Origin: the human T2T-CHM13v2.0 reference genome, Homo sapiens
Reading direction: 5' to 3' (one strand)
Length of the DNA: 64,000 nt
Assembly (NCBI RefSeq): GCF_009914755.1
Contig: NC_060926.1
Shown: positions 20,141-34,870 of the stretch, in pieces
How the letters are laid out: each line of letters begins with the position of its first letter
How positions within the stretch are numbered: position 1 is the first letter of the stretch
Made by a program: the position numbers and the translations under genes
Notes under the pieces: model-generated
Told to the model about the DNA's origin: nothing
Seen by the model: the letters and a program-made list of their open reading frames with translations, nothing else
The model's database searches: none

Positions 20141-21589
20141 TGATTTTTTTAATTACATGAGGAAAGTAGTGTTACTCATTGTCAACTTGCAGCATCCAAA
20201 TGTGTTAACCGAGGAAGGAGTAAGAGTACTGGGTCCCTACTCAGTGGAAATGCTCAAAATGCCTATTTACATACAGACCTGGTGAATAATTTTCTCCTCT
20301 TGTTAACCTTTGGCTCTACAGTTATGTAACTTGCCCCAGAACCTGTCTTGCTGCCTCTCAATTCTGAGCATGTTCAGCCTGAAGAAACCCGAAATCTCAT
20401 CCATTCAAATCATGATTTGCTCTTCAAGCTAGAACTTGAGTTTTCAACCTTTAAAAGACGGTCAAAGAATTATTGTGAATGTGTTCTTTTAAAGCCATAA
20501 TCTTTTTTTAGGGAGGTTTTCCAAAAATTTTTTATAAAAGCATCCAAACCAAACTTTGAGATTTCTGCCACTGCTTGCAAGATATAAGAATGAAATCAAC
20601 TTAAGTTGAGCAGGTTATGCCATTTCAAGTTTTATCCAAGAAATGTTTCATTTTTTAAATAAAAACCAATGGATTTGGGCAGAGAATGTTGGATTTCTGA
20701 GTTATTAAAAGAAGAGAGAAATAAGGACAGAAACAAGTCTAGGAAGCTGCCTTCACTGGATCATTGATAAAAAGTAATATAAAAATATGAGACTTGGCAT
20801 TCAAAGAAATAAACACTATAATCTCAACAGATCTGAGCTAAGAAATAGGCATTTCTTTCTTGGCTTTGGGCAAAGTTAAGTTGCAAGGGGAAAGTCATAA
20901 TGGAAATTGATTCTTTTGATCTTTTGTTCTTCTCTTTTACTCTTTCTTCTCTCATTTTATTCTTTTTTTCCCCTCTGCTTTCCCTTTTGTTTGCCTTTCC
21001 AAAAAGGACTATTGCAATTTAGAAACTCTCATGTGAGTTAGTAGGTAAGATGAACTTGTGAACTATTTACTAGCTTTGCCCTATCTGATGGGATCTGCTT
21101 TGTTTTGACAAATAAGTTAGGGGATATATTTCCTGAAGCAGTGAAAACAAAACACGAACTGGTGAGGTCTGAGACCATCACCAGGCTGCTAAAGCTGCCT
21201 GGGAGAACTTATGATTTTGTAACCTCACGGTGCCCTTTGCCTGTCCTTTGCCTTGCACTTAGCTGTCCCGATTTGTATAAAATTTTGAAAAGATTCCCTC
21301 CTGTACACAAGCCCTTTCCCTTCATAAAAGCACAATATAAAAAGTAAATTTCTTGCATGTCAATTCTAGTTTGTGAGTGCATTTAGGATTTAATCTGCAA
21401 TTTTATGTTTCCCTGTTTGGGGGATTTTTTGCGTGAATGGAGACGTGCAGTGGAGACCAGGGCATTCTGTACAGTGTCTGAAGGACATCACTGGCCTTTT
21501 TACTGTCCCTCCTCAAACAAAACAGGGAACCAAGCCTATGATGGGGTGTGGGCCACCCAGAGACCTGGAGACATTGGATAAACACTATA

Positions 21590-21700
21590 ACACCTCTGTA
21601 AAAACAGGGACAATGACAGATGCTTCTTTTACAGTTGTTATGAGGCATATAAAGTACTTAGCCTGGGCATGTTCTACCTACTCGATAAATGTTTGTTCTT
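21590..21700 (+). mobile_element. MIR 3' fragment
   Basis: ctgtaaaaacagggacaatg...gttgttatgagg...ctcgataaatgttt. Confidence 0.6.
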
Positions 21701-21879
21701 ATGATCAGGAGGCCACAGATCATCTTGACCTTAGAGCACAAATCGCTTTAAGCCTGGGGAAAGAATGAGAGTTGATTTAATGACACTACCGTGTTTCCGG
21801 CTTCTATGTAGCAGTCTATTCTGTCCCTATGTACATTTTGCTTATGTGTGTGCCCTCTCCCTTTTAATTCTTTGCTCAA

Positions 21880-22197
21880 GCATCCCCTTCATAGTGAAGC
21901 CTATGTTGACTCTCTCATTTAAAATTCTCAGTCCTACCAGTTTCATCTAACCCCATCCCAATTCTGCCCCCGCCCCATATCCTGCTTCATTTTTCTCAGT
22001 GGCATTTATTGCTTTTTAAGGACACCATATAACTAATTTATGTGTTAGGCTGTCGTCTGTCTCAGCATTTGCATGTGAGCTCCACAAAAGCCAGACGTGT
22101 TGCCTGTTTTGTTTTTGTTTTCACTGCTGAATCCTCAGTGTCCTAAAAGAGTAGCTGACGCAAACAAGAGCTCCATAAACACGTGCTGACTGAATCA
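21880..22197 (+). mobile_element. L2a-like 3' end
   Basis: atgtgagctccacaaaagccagac...ttcactgctgaatcctcagtg...ataaacacgtgctgactgaat. Confidence 0.8.
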
Positions 22198-22294
22198 AAG
22201 GATTTGTGTCTCTAGGACAAAATCTTTTCAGTGGCGAAGCTGAGACGCTTAGGAAATGGTGACAAAATTTTGTCCATATTTTACCTCATCTGGA

Positions 22295-22490
22295 CAGAAT
22301 TTGGATTTTAGAGAAGATCCAAGTTCAAATCCTAGCTCTTCTACCGAGTGTGACCTGGAGCAAATCACTTACCCTCACTCGTTCTCATCTCTTTTGTTTG
22401 TATTGTAGGGACAATAATGGTACCAGGATAAAGTGAGAATATTGATTTGATATTAGAATATTGATTTGAAAGTGCTTGGCATAGAGAGGA
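22295..22490 (+). mobile_element. MIR
   Basis: gttcaaatcctagctcttctac...tgtgacctggagcaaatcactta. Confidence 0.75.
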
Positions 22491-22555
22491 ACAAAAATAT
22501 GTCAGATTCTTACCCCTTTGCCCTGAAGAAGTCAGTATACCTTGAATCAAATTAT

Positions 22556-22596
22556 ACACACACACACACACGCACACACACACACACACACACACA
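22556..22596. repeat. (CA)n microsatellite, one interruption
   Basis: About 20 CA units followed by an aaaag-rich tract. Confidence 0.97.
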
Positions 22597-22734
22597 AAGA
22601 AGAAAAGAAAAGAAAAAGAAAAAGAAAACTCCAGTACTGGGCCAGTCCACACGCTATGACGTTTCATGAAAGCTATAAGCTGCCCCATTAATCAGATCTT
22701 TGGAGGATCTGATTCATGGAGAAATAAAAATAAA

Positions 22735-23338
22735 AGTGGGCTGGATGCCATCTCAAAGATGTCCATGCCCAAATCTCTGGAAGCTGTGAATGTGTGTTAC
22801 GTAGCGAAATAAACTTTGTGGAAGTAATGAAGGTACGGGCCTTAGAATGGGAAGAGGATCCTGGGTTATCCATATGGGACTGTTCTAATGACATGAACTC
22901 TTAAAAAGCCAGGAACTTTCTCTGGCTGGAGTCAGATGGAGGAGGCAAAAGAAGCAATTGGAAAGATGTGAACTGTGAGAGAACTCAATGCACCATTGCC
23001 AGAAGGAGCCACATGCAGAACGTGAGAAGGAAAGCAGGCAGCCTCTGAGAGTGGAGACCAGCCCTGGCTCTCAGTGAGCAAGGACACGGGGACTTTGGTC
23101 CCACAACCAGAAGCTACTCAATGTGGCCAACCACCTGCAAAATATTTTAAATGGATTATTGCCCAGGGCTGCTAGTAGAGAATGCACCGCTGTTGACAGT
23201 TATATTTCAGCCTTGAGACCCTGAGCTGAGGACCTAGCTGCACCCAGACAGGCTTCTAACTATAGAAACTGTTGAGAATAAATTTGTGTTGGTTGCTAAG
23301 TTTACAGTGATTTGTTATGGCAGCAATAGAAATATAAT
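22735..23338 (+). mobile_element. MaLR solo LTR (MLT1E-like)
   Basis: aaagatgtccatgcccaaatctctggaagctgtgaat start; end gtgatttgttatggcagcaatagaaa. Confidence 0.82.
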
Positions 23339-24498
23339 CTTAAAAACCCCAATGTAGAACACTTAAACGGATTTTATGCTATGTAAATTATTCCTAAATA
23401 AAGCTGTTAAAAAAGGAACAACATTGTAAGATACTAGTAAACTACAATAGGTAGATAAGAATGCCTATGAAGGTGAATAGTCACCACTCAAGAAAGGATT
23501 TTATGACTGAGACAGGCTGAGGTGTAGTATTTTCATTCTACTCTCTTCCTTGAACTTTCATGTGTAAACACACACACATTATGTCCCCAACAGAGTGTCT
23601 CCGTAATTATGGAGAAATGCACAGAGAGGAACACAAATTCATTTTGGAATAGCAGGAGGGCACTGTCTTAATTTTATTGGCCAAGCCTTAAAAACTCAAG
23701 ACTGTGGAAGAGAAAAAGGAAAAAAGATTCAGATAAATGTAACAGATTTCAGATAATGAAAAGAGTACATAAAAATTCATTAAATCACCCCACTGCCATG
23801 AGAAATGCTTGTCGGAGTATTCAGGCTTTGAAAGGGGCTGGTTTACCACCACCGTCAGGGCCACCTGCCATATGCTATTTTGAATTAAGACCCAGGAAGA
23901 TATATGCTTGGATCTGAAAATATAGGCTTGTGCTGTGGTGAATAGAAAGATTTAACTGTTCTGGGGGAGACAGCAAGCTGTTCTTTTAGTGCCTTTAATC
24001 TTCAGATTTCAGAAGTGGCCAACAACTAAATTTGACTTTTTGTGTAATTATTCTAGGTAAAGTCAGATAATCATTTTTTTTCCTTCAAGGTTTATACTGA
24101 TTTTTCCCTCCAGAGAATGATTTAAAAGATGTCAGAAATTTTGAACCCACTTTAGTCTTGGGCAGTAAGATTGTTTCTACATTACCAAGAAAATATCTAT
24201 TTTTCTGACTCACCTGTAACCAGTACTGTCACATCTATTTGATGAAAACTGGAAAGTCACAGGGAATTTTCTACACTACTTTCCATCATCTTTTTCATCC
24301 ATTTTCTACACAACTTTCCATCATCTCTTTCTCTGCTCTTGAACTGTGGTAGCTCTGATACCCTCATTCTTCCATATGAAAGCACTGTCTTAATTTACTA
24401 GTTGTGTTGAAATCCTCTGGAACTGAATTCTGCTTGGAATAATAATTCTGCTTGGAATAATTTGGCTACCAGCTCATTTTTGAAATACTCTTCTAAAA

Positions 24499-24707
24499 AC
24501 ACACACATATATATATTTAGAAATACACACACACACACATATATATATACTTAGAAATACACACACATATATGTATGTGTGTGTGTATATATATATTATA
24601 TATATATTATATAATATATATATTATATATATATTATATATATATTATATATATATTATATATAATATATATATTATATATATATATAAAATATATATAT
24701 ATATATA
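24499..24707. repeat. Compound (CA)n/(TA)n low-complexity tract with ~120 bp of pure A/T
   Basis: Repeated acacacatatatata(t/c)ttagaaat unit, then degenerate (TA)n from ~24586 to 24707. Confidence 0.95.
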
Positions 24708-25234
24708 AAATCAATAGTTTTACTGTAAGTTCTGGTTTTTCTCCAAGTATGACAATTAAAACAAAACAACCAAAGAACAGCAAACAACATACCCTAAGCC
24801 ATTTATGTACCGTCAGTGTTCTACCAGTGATGTCATAGAGATGGTACTCCCCTGTTTTCTGTGTTTTAGTACAACAGCTCAGAATTAGGAGAGACAGAGA
24901 CGTGAGTTATAATTCTGGTATGCCACTTAATAACTTCATGTTCATTGGAAAGAAATTAGTTTCTCCAAGTCCAGTCTTCTTGATCTGCGTAGTGCAGGAC
25001 ATTGATGTAGAGCAAATGGGATATGCCCAGAATCCCCGGCCTTTCTCTGCAGTTCCCAGGCCACTGCTGTTCAACTTCCCTCATAATCTGGCCATAAGTG
25101 ATTTTTTCATTTACATGGAATCACTTATTATTATAGTCACTCTCTTATCCTTTGACCTTGCCACTTTTGAGAGGAGTTTGAATTTATTTGTTTAAAAAAT
25201 AAATTTTTGTTTTAAAAAATGTATTCCATAATAT

Positions 25235-25600
25235 TTAATTTTTGTGTTAGTGCAGTTATAAGGGTTCTAACATATGTGGAGATGTGTATAAACATAATTA
25301 CAATTTTTATCACCCAAACAAATTCCCCTCAATACTTTGCATTCAGACCCTCCCCCTACCCCACTCCCTGTCAGCATTAATCTGCACTCTATCCCTATGG
25401 TTTTGTCATTTTTGGAATGTCATATAAATGGAATCATGAAGTATGTAAACTTTTCAGATTGGCTTCTTTCACTCAGTGTAATTTCTTTGGAATTCACCCA
25501 CGTTTGGAGTATATCAGTAGTTTTACCTTTTAATTATCCTCTGTGTAGATAGATCAGCCTTTATCCTTTCCACTGTTGGGTGACACTTGGGATGCCACAT
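25235..25600 (-). mobile_element. Old L1 3' region (L1ME/MD-like)
   Basis: gaatgtcatataaatggaatcatgaagtatgtaaacttttcagattggcttctttcactcag is a hallmark L1M 3' UTR. Confidence 0.8.
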
Positions 25601-28600
25601 GAGTTTGGATCATATTTACCGAACATGCTCTTTCTTCTTCACTCTCTTGGCCTTTGCTTACAATAGTTCTCAGATAGGAATGCATGACTTCCTGTTCTGC
25701 CTGTTTCTTCCTTTTGCATGGCCTTCCTCCAAGGGCCGTGTTCTGAAAACCACACAGTGAGAAACGGAAAATGAAAGATTAGTTTCTTTGCCCTCACCTT
25801 CACTGATCCTTTTCTGAACTGTCCCAGTCAGAACTGGCCATTCTTTTCCTACGTTGCTCATAACTCTGCTACATAAGTCAGTTTTAGACATGCCTACTAC
25901 ACCCAGCACACTTAAGTTCCTTTAGATATAGGTACACCTGGGCATCCAGTACACAGTTCAGCAGATTCCCTTGCAAAATTGAATGGAATTGAACAAGATT
26001 GTGAACAGGACTGAGCCTATAAAAGTCAGGAAGTGGCAGGGGCTTGTTTTTTGGCTCCCTAACATCTGTTTATACCTATTTCCCTGACTTTCCAGCAGGG
26101 CCTAGACTGGACTATGAACTCACCTTTTCTCTCTGTATCTTGCTCATAAACAATTTGCACTGAGTTCAAATGACTGATGCCTTAAAGTACTTCCCTGGAA
26201 TATTTATAATTTTACAGAGACCAAAGTCCTCAGGTATAGAGAGGAATATCTGAAGGTGGAATTATGAAGTTCAGAGCACGAGAAGAGGGTACATGAAAAC
26301 GAAATGGACCTTTGAGCACTGTTGAAACCACTCTCAACAAGCTTGCCTATATCACATTCCTATAAGTCCAGGCTTACATGTTTGTTATGCTATCATCTCA
26401 AACTAGGTTTTATAATCAAGGCAGCACCCTGTGGAGGCCTCATTGTGGCAAAGTGTTGCCATGTCAGAAAATGTGGCAATGTATCCAATATGATGGCATT
26501 GCTAAGCCTGACTGATTGCTCTTGCTGGATCTGGGGCAAGGCATGAGTGGGGATGGTCTCTACCGCAAGGAATTGTTGGTCCGGTTCTGGAGTGTTTTAG
26601 TGGTGAGCAGGAGCAGGGGCCACAGATATTCCACAGGTGAAGGCCAAGTTTATAAAGTTTTCACATGCTGCCTGCTGAATCTTGGATCTTCATTTAGGCT
26701 GTCTTTGAGGAAGCCTAGGTAAACACATACTGTTTGTACATAGCATTTATTTGGTGGTACCACTTCTCAAATTTTCTAAGCCAGTTTAGAACTGCATTGA
26801 TATTCTAAATCGACTTTCCTGGGTCAGTAGCTTAACAATGGCAGATAAATGGTATTTATTTGCTAGCCTAGCCTATCCATCCAATCATCCATTTCCCCAT
26901 TCAGATGTCTGCTGCTTCATTCTGAAAGAACATAAGGCAGATACATGAAGTAGCTGAGAGTATCTCAATGCATTTTATGAAATGAACAAGAGCCACGCTA
27001 TTCTCCAGAAGACTAGGCACTCACATCATCACCATTCATTCTGACCTGGAAGCTTTGCTTTTGACCTCAGATAACTAACCAAACTCTATTCTGGTTGATA
27101 TCTACATGTAGGTCTACAAAAAGGCTATCAAAATATTCTAAGCCTTCCCTGATTCATTCTCCTGGCAATTTCCCGTGCCTCCTCAAATACTCACATACAT
27201 ATTCTACACCTTCATACATATTTTTGCTTTTTCCAGGTGTTTTGTGGTTACCCAAGGGTGCTTCTCTTGTTCTGCTTGAGGAATACCCAATCCTCTGATT
27301 GTTTTCTGTGCTTGTGGTACTTATGATGTTACATATCTTGGAGTTTATGAGGAAATCAAGCAGCATTTGCTCAGCACCTGATAGAGCAGATGCTAAGCTG
27401 GAGTCATCATTTCTGCCCTCCAGTTTGTGCTCACCATAGAACTTGGAGGAAAATGTAAGTGCTTCTATTTTCACAGGTGAAGGGACATATGTTCAGGAGA
27501 AGGTGAGTCCCATTATATCAGGACTTGGATCCAGACTTGTTTGACCACACAATTGTGATCCTTTCTTTGGAGGTGCTGGGCAGGGGTCTGCCTGTTTTGA
27601 CAGATATGTTGCGAATAAGAAATATTGTAGAAAGTTCCCAAGATCTGGTTTTCAGCACAGAATATTCCCCATTTTTGGAGATTCACAACACATATGGGAG
27701 TGATGCATTTGGTGGGGAAGCCAGACCATCAAACCTCCACTCACCTCACACCTCATTCTCCCTTTGTTCTCTTCCTTGGAACATTCCGGATGGAGAAAGA
27801 GACCCAGGAAAAAAATGCCTCCTAGTGAGAAAAGAATGCCTCTTACCTGAATTTTCAAACCAAAACCTGACAGGAATTGCTTTGAAAGCATGGGGGACTA
27901 AGGACCTTAAAGTTTCAAGTGGAAATTAATTGTGGAGGGCCTAGTATTGTTTATCTGAGTAATACAAAACACATCAAGTAGAAACTATACATTTACTGTG
28001 TTGTCTTTAACTTTATTTTAATGTAAAAGTTTACATAAGGGGTTTTACAGGTGGACTTGAGATTTCAGTTGTCCAACACTTTGTTTTTTCCATAAAGGCT
28101 CAATCAGACTTTCCAATTACAGGCATTTTCGTTATCACTATTCTTGAAATACAGGGATTACTGCTGCTATGTATCTGCTTCTTTAGGTGTTTCCTTGGCA
28201 GAAGGACCCCATAGACAGTGGAGCAGAGGAGCTCCCTGTGCTCCTGACTGTGGTGTGGGAATCCAGCCACGTGGCACTGATGCCCACTCCTGCCAAGATG
28301 CAGCCCCTCTGCCCTTTGCAATGAAGCCTTGCCCAGAGCCAAGTGTGGGATCTGTCAACATGTGGCTTGGTTGGACTCAAGTTTCCTTTTCTAACACTGG
28401 AAGCAATTTTAATGAATACATTAATACTGGGGACAAGATTGAAAGGAAGAGACGTTTGAATTAACTAGGGAATAAAATATCAAGTGTATCTTGCCCTCTT
28501 GATAGGAATGTACGGTTCTTCTCATTGAAATTGAAATAAGAAAATGCCAAAATAGAACATACTGTTAGACTCCTTAAACTGAATGTTGCAAAAATTGTTT

Positions 28601-29405
28601 GGTGTAAAAGAAATCACAGGATAAACAAAGCACATGTTCTTCCTGGGACACTTTGGTTTGATGTTCAGCAATTTAGAACGTTTTAATTGAATTTAAATAT
28701 GCATGGAAATGTTATGTAGCAGAGTGAAAGATTAGAGTCAATTGCAATATCATAGTTATACACTCAAGCGTGCATACACGCACATAAATACATATGCTCA
28801 CATGCATGTGGGTTTTCCCTCTCATGCTTCCTTAACCAAGGCTCTAGAGCTCAAGGGTTGTCTGAGTTCTTGCTGAGACACGAGGAATAATACGAGAGAA
28901 GGAGCGATGCAGCACTCAACATGTTTCTTTCTTTTTCTTACTCCTCTTCCCTTTCCCTGTTCTCCCAGCCCAGGCTGGGCAGGCTTAAACTTGGAGGAGG
29001 CTTACCCAGGAAGGAGCGGAGGAAGCGCAGAGACTGTACTAGCCTGGTGAGGCAGGTGGTGCAGGGTGGTTAACTGGGTGTGAAGCTGCACCCACCAATC
29101 TTGGCCACAGCCACTCCTAGTTCATGTGTGGCCCCAAGTAGAACGACAACAGGTTTCTTGTGTTTTTGCTTCATTTCATTTGCAGTTCTGCCTCTATTTC
29201 TAATCTCCAATGTCTATTCCTCCCTTCTAGTCACCCTCATGTACTTTCAGGGCTTTTTAAGTAATTCTGTGCCTGGCTTACCCCCACTTCGGCTGGGACA
29301 TCTCCCCACCTGATCCAGACACCATCCTGGCATCCTGGAGTCCCATAGGCCCCCTAATTTATTTTAGTATTTGATTATGTAATCTCTCTTTGAGGGACAC
29401 TTATG

Positions 29406-30070
<665 letters not shown>

Positions 30071-30325
30071 ATAACATGACTGTGTTTTTAAAAGGGATTT
30101 ATTAAGTTCATCTTTATTTGATAAAAATGTGTAGGAATAAATTTTTGAACAGATGAAGCTTCAAATGGTCTAACAAGAACTTCATGTATGATTTGGTACA
30201 ATCTCCTACCCACCTTCTCAAAGTTCCAGGAAATAAAACACACTGGAAGTTTTGTCTCACTGAGTAAACAGATGGCCTGACCCACACATGGGCATAAATC
30301 TCTTCCCCACTTTCCTGAGTAATTC

Positions 30326-30465
30326 CACTCATTCATTCATTCATTCATTTGCCGATTCAGAAACATCATTCAGCTTTTACTGCATCTCAGACACTGGAGA
30401 CTCAAAGGGAAACAAGAATCTGACCTCGTCCTTGAGAAGCCCATAGTCTGGGAATAGAGAGATAC
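30326..30465 (-). mobile_element. L2 3' end
   Basis: (cattcatt)n terminus followed by gacctcgtccttgagaagcccatagtct. Confidence 0.72.
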
Positions 30466-30888
30466 TAACTTTATTTCTGTTATAGCTCACAAAATTGGAA
30501 GTGAAATAGTTGTAAGCAATACTCCTGACTTCAAGCAGCCATGGAGGTTGTGTGGTGGTTTTATGAGGTAAACGTCATCGTGCCTGTGGCTCTGACAAAT
30601 GAGCTTTAGGAGTTCAGGGTTGCCCCCATCAGGATGCTATTCTTCCTGCAAAGATGAGTCCTGGCTCACTGTACTCCATTTGATAGTGATCCAGATCAGT
30701 CCCAGACAGGGGCAGAGATGTGATCATTAAAGGTGTTACTACTTATAGAACTCATAGCATGGAGAACACAGCTGAGCTCATTATCTTCATCATTATTGTG
30801 ACTATCAGACACGTATGTATGTCCCTAGTCTCTTCCTAAGGAAAAACTGTTACCACCTAACCTAGGAGATATTTTTTATAGCTTCTGA

Positions 30889-31221
<333 letters not shown>

Positions 31222-31533
31222 TAATAACATATATTGATTTCTAAGCCAGAATGGGCAACTTTTATTTTTGTAGGTCCCCAGGTTAAAGAACCCTTACAGT
31301 TATTAAAGTGGAGATCTTCGTCAGCCACATCGACTTGACCATTGCCCTCAATGTGAGGAGAGCAGGCTATGAGCATCACCCTTGTAGAGCATGGTCTTTG
31401 TTAGGCTTACTTCTGTTCACATGTGCTCCAGAGCAGAGAAGAGCAGAAGGTCTTTATAGTTATTTAAAAAGAACAGAGGAGAGAATAACTAACTTTGCCT
31501 GGGAAAGTTCTGAAAAAGCTTAAGTGGGGACAA

Positions 31534-31830
31534 TTTTTTTTTTTTTTAAATACAGGGTCTTGCTTTGTTAGGCCAGAGTGCATGATCCTAGCTCATTGCA
31601 GCCCTTAACTCCTGGACTCAAGGGATCCTCCCACCTCAGCCTCCTGAGTAGCTAGGGCTGCAGGTATATACCACTGCACCCAGCTAATTTTGTATTGTTT
31701 TAATTTTTTGTAGAGTTGGGGGTCTCTCTAGGTTGCCCAGGTATGTCTCAAACTCCTGGCCTCAAGTGATCCTCATGTCTCAGCATCCTAAAGTGTTGAG
31801 ATTTATAGGCATGAGCCACTGTGCCCAGGT
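31534..31830 (-). mobile_element. AluJ
   Basis: Diverged dimer with J diagnostics (aactcctggactcaagggatcctcccacc, ttgtagag). Confidence 0.9.
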
Positions 31831-31904
31831 GAAAAATATTTTTTAGCTGGGTACCAGAGGAGCTGATGACTTTTGGGGATACAGGAACTGCTCAGAAGTT
31901 GATA

Positions 31905-32110
31905 TGGGGATTTGGAGCCAGATGGAACTGGAGTTGTATCCTGGTTCTGTCACCTACTATGTGACCTTTTTTAAGTCATGAACTTCACAGAGTTTCAGTT
32001 TCCACTTCTGCCAAAGAGACAACTACACGTATTTGCCAGGATCCATGTGTGGATTAAATAAGATAACCCATCTAAAGTATTCTGGGAACATAGATAAGAG
32101 ATATCTATCA
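31905..32110 (+). mobile_element. MIR
   Basis: ttggagccagatggaactggagttgtatcctggttctgtcacc...tgtgacc...tcagtttcc...ggattaaataagataa. Confidence 0.8.
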
Positions 32111-33636
32111 CTATTGGAAGGGAGGGAGATCATATCATGGCAAAAGCAGCCTGCTGGGAGGCTGGGGTCACATGAGTTTAGAATGGCTGAAGATGAGATT
32201 GTCAAGAGCTCCAGTTCTATCTGGCTCCAAATCCCCACCTACTGAGAGGTAGGCAGGGACCATAATGGACAACCTGGGATGTCACTGGGAGAAGTCTACC
32301 TGGTGAGGGAGCACAGGCTGGAATGGAGAACAGAAAGTCTTTTCACAAGCAAAACTCTGGAAGCCAGAAACTTGGAGAACATTACATATTTTAACAGCAT
32401 TAATTTGAGCACAAACAAATAATACGCTCAGTAGAGCGTAATCTTCCTTATTTGTTAAACAGGCCCAGTAGGACTGCCACTTGGTGCAGGTTATTAAGAG
32501 TTAGCTGGAGAATCCATATTCTGTATTTAAAACCATAAGATTCAGTTTCTTTTAAAATACTTGATATTTGGATTTTGTGTTAATTTCCCTCAGTTAAATC
32601 TAATTAGTGTTTTCTTCACAGTGCCATATGCAACGTTTGCTTAGCCTGGAAAGGTGATAAATTGCTTTGGTTTACTACTTTGTCCCAAGGCTATTTGTGA
32701 ATGAAAAAACAAGTACCCTTTTAATGAATTAAGGTCCCCTAATAAAGACAAGTAAACAAACCATTAAGTAGAAAAATGTCAGTGTAGGCATAATCACCCC
32801 AGGTTTTTTGCATTTCATGGACATTAGCTCATTTATAGACTTTGTGATTTTATCATAAAAATATATATCTGATGATAAGCCATATTAACATTATCTATTA
32901 TACCCTCATAATCTGCAACTTAATGATAATCTGTGAGAACACTGCGGCAGACTCAAAATGAGGGTGGCAGTGGAATGGCCTTAGAAATGAATATACTGTG
33001 TTCTCTCTCTGTCTGGGCTTCACAATCCAATAGAAAGACTCAACTGCATCTATGGATCTGAACGTATGCTGAACCCTCTTTGTGCTTTAAAACTATAGAC
33101 CAAATGCTGGGGGATATATGGGGAAAGAGCTGTTAAATTTCAACTCTATGGACGGGGGAGGTGAGAGGTGGTGGTCAGGGTCTTATGAAGGCTTCCTGGA
33201 GGAGATCACATTTGAGTTTATCCTGAAAGATTGGTATGTTGGTGGTCTCTAACTCATTATTGAGGGAAAGTATGGTTTTTACTTTACTGCTTTTTTCTTT
33301 CTTACTTGGAATTTGCTATAACCATCATTCTGAAAAGAAGTAGCAATATGCACTCGGTGGAAAATTTGGCAAGTATAGTAAAAAGAAGCAGGAAAAATAA
33401 CCTAGAGGTAAATACAGATACTCCATTTGAGATTGTTCCTTCTAGATTCAGCTAGATCTATTTCATGTGTCCTTATCAAGAATGATTATATGTCCAGAGG
33501 GGTTTACACTGGCATGTGACCTGTGATCATGACTTTTTATGGTAATTGGATTAGATTCTAAGTGATTATTTTACTCTTTGAATTTAAGCACATAATTTCT
33601 TTAATGCATTTAAGTATGGTCAACTGTTTGAAACAC

Positions 33637-34082
33637 TGTGGTAGGCAAACTAATGGTGAGGTCCTAATCCCTGCACCTTACCTGGGATTTGGTGGATGGG
33701 ATTGAGTTGATTATCTTGATTAAGATGGACAAACTGTCCTGGGGCCAGTGTAATCACAAGTGTCCTTGTAAGGGAAAGAGGGAGGCAGGAGTGTCAGAGG
33801 GAGGGCAACGCGTCCGGGGAAGCAGAGTTTGGAGTGATGCAGCCCAGCTACAAGCCAAGGAGTGTGGGCGGCCTCTAGAAGCTGGAAAAGCCAGGCAGTG
33901 GATTCAGCCTTGGACCAGCAGAAGGAATGCAGCCATGCTGACAATTTGTGAAAATGATTCAGTCCAGCAAGACTGATTTTAGACTTCTGACATCAAGAAC
34001 TGTAAGATAATTTATTGGGGTTCTTTTAAGGCATCTACATTTGTAGTAATTTATTATAACAGCCATGAGAAGCTGCTATGCA
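33637..34082 (+). mobile_element. MaLR solo LTR (MLT1D-like)
   Basis: tgtggtaggc start; caagccaaggagtgtgggcggcctctagaagctggaaaag; gacttctgacatcaagaactgtaagataa. Confidence 0.85.
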
Positions 34083-34519
34083 AAGCCATAGAAAAGGCTG
34101 ATACAGATCTGCAGTTTTCAGTAAGTTAATAAAAGGTTTAAAAGTTTAGAAATGTAAAATTTATTGTACCATGTCTAAGAATCCTGAGATATTATAAAAT
34201 AAATGCGGAAGAAGTATCTGAGCAGAGATGAAAGGCTATGAAGATGGAAATGAACTGAGACAGCAGATGCAACAAGAAGACAGGTTGGGAATGGAAGGAA
34301 GAAGTAAACTACCAGCCTCACCTTACAGAAAACTACTCACTAAAGATACCACAACTGTGTCAGCCTGGAGATCAGAGCAGAGGGAATCTTCTTTATCACA
34401 CGAACTCTATAAGGAGGAGATGCTGGGGGCAGAGGGATCTGACAAATGCAGATGCTCTGCTTGCTAGTTAGTATATTAGAAAATTTTCCAGTCTTTTCAA
34501 TAAAGACTCATTTTAAATA

Positions 34520-34870
34520 GTCAATATCATACTGTGTATACACATTTGAAACGGGATTTTTTACCTACATGACATTATAAACATTTCCTATATATAATCA
34601 TCCTAAATAATGGTTGTGAGCAAAAAAGATTCACATAGCATTTCCGTGAATGTTATTATTCCTCTATTTTGGGCATTTTTTGTTCCCAATTTTTGCTGTT
34701 AGAAATATCGCTGCAATGAATAATACTGTAGATTAAATATGTGTACACATCTGATGATTTCTTTGGAAGAATTTGAAAATCTGAGAATATTAAATCAAAG
34801 GGAATGAGAATTTTAAGACCACCAATCTACTTTCCAGAGATATTGTAGTCATCTACACCCTGAATAGCAC
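34520..34870 (-). mobile_element. Degraded L1ME-like fragment
   Basis: gggcattttttgttcccaatttttgctgttagaaatatcgctgcaatgaat. Confidence 0.55.

Noticed and set aside
27525-28464. 134- and 106-aa ORFs and nearby acceptor-like AGs
   Set aside because: Non-ATG starts, partial MIR overlap, no consistent exon structure or known domain.
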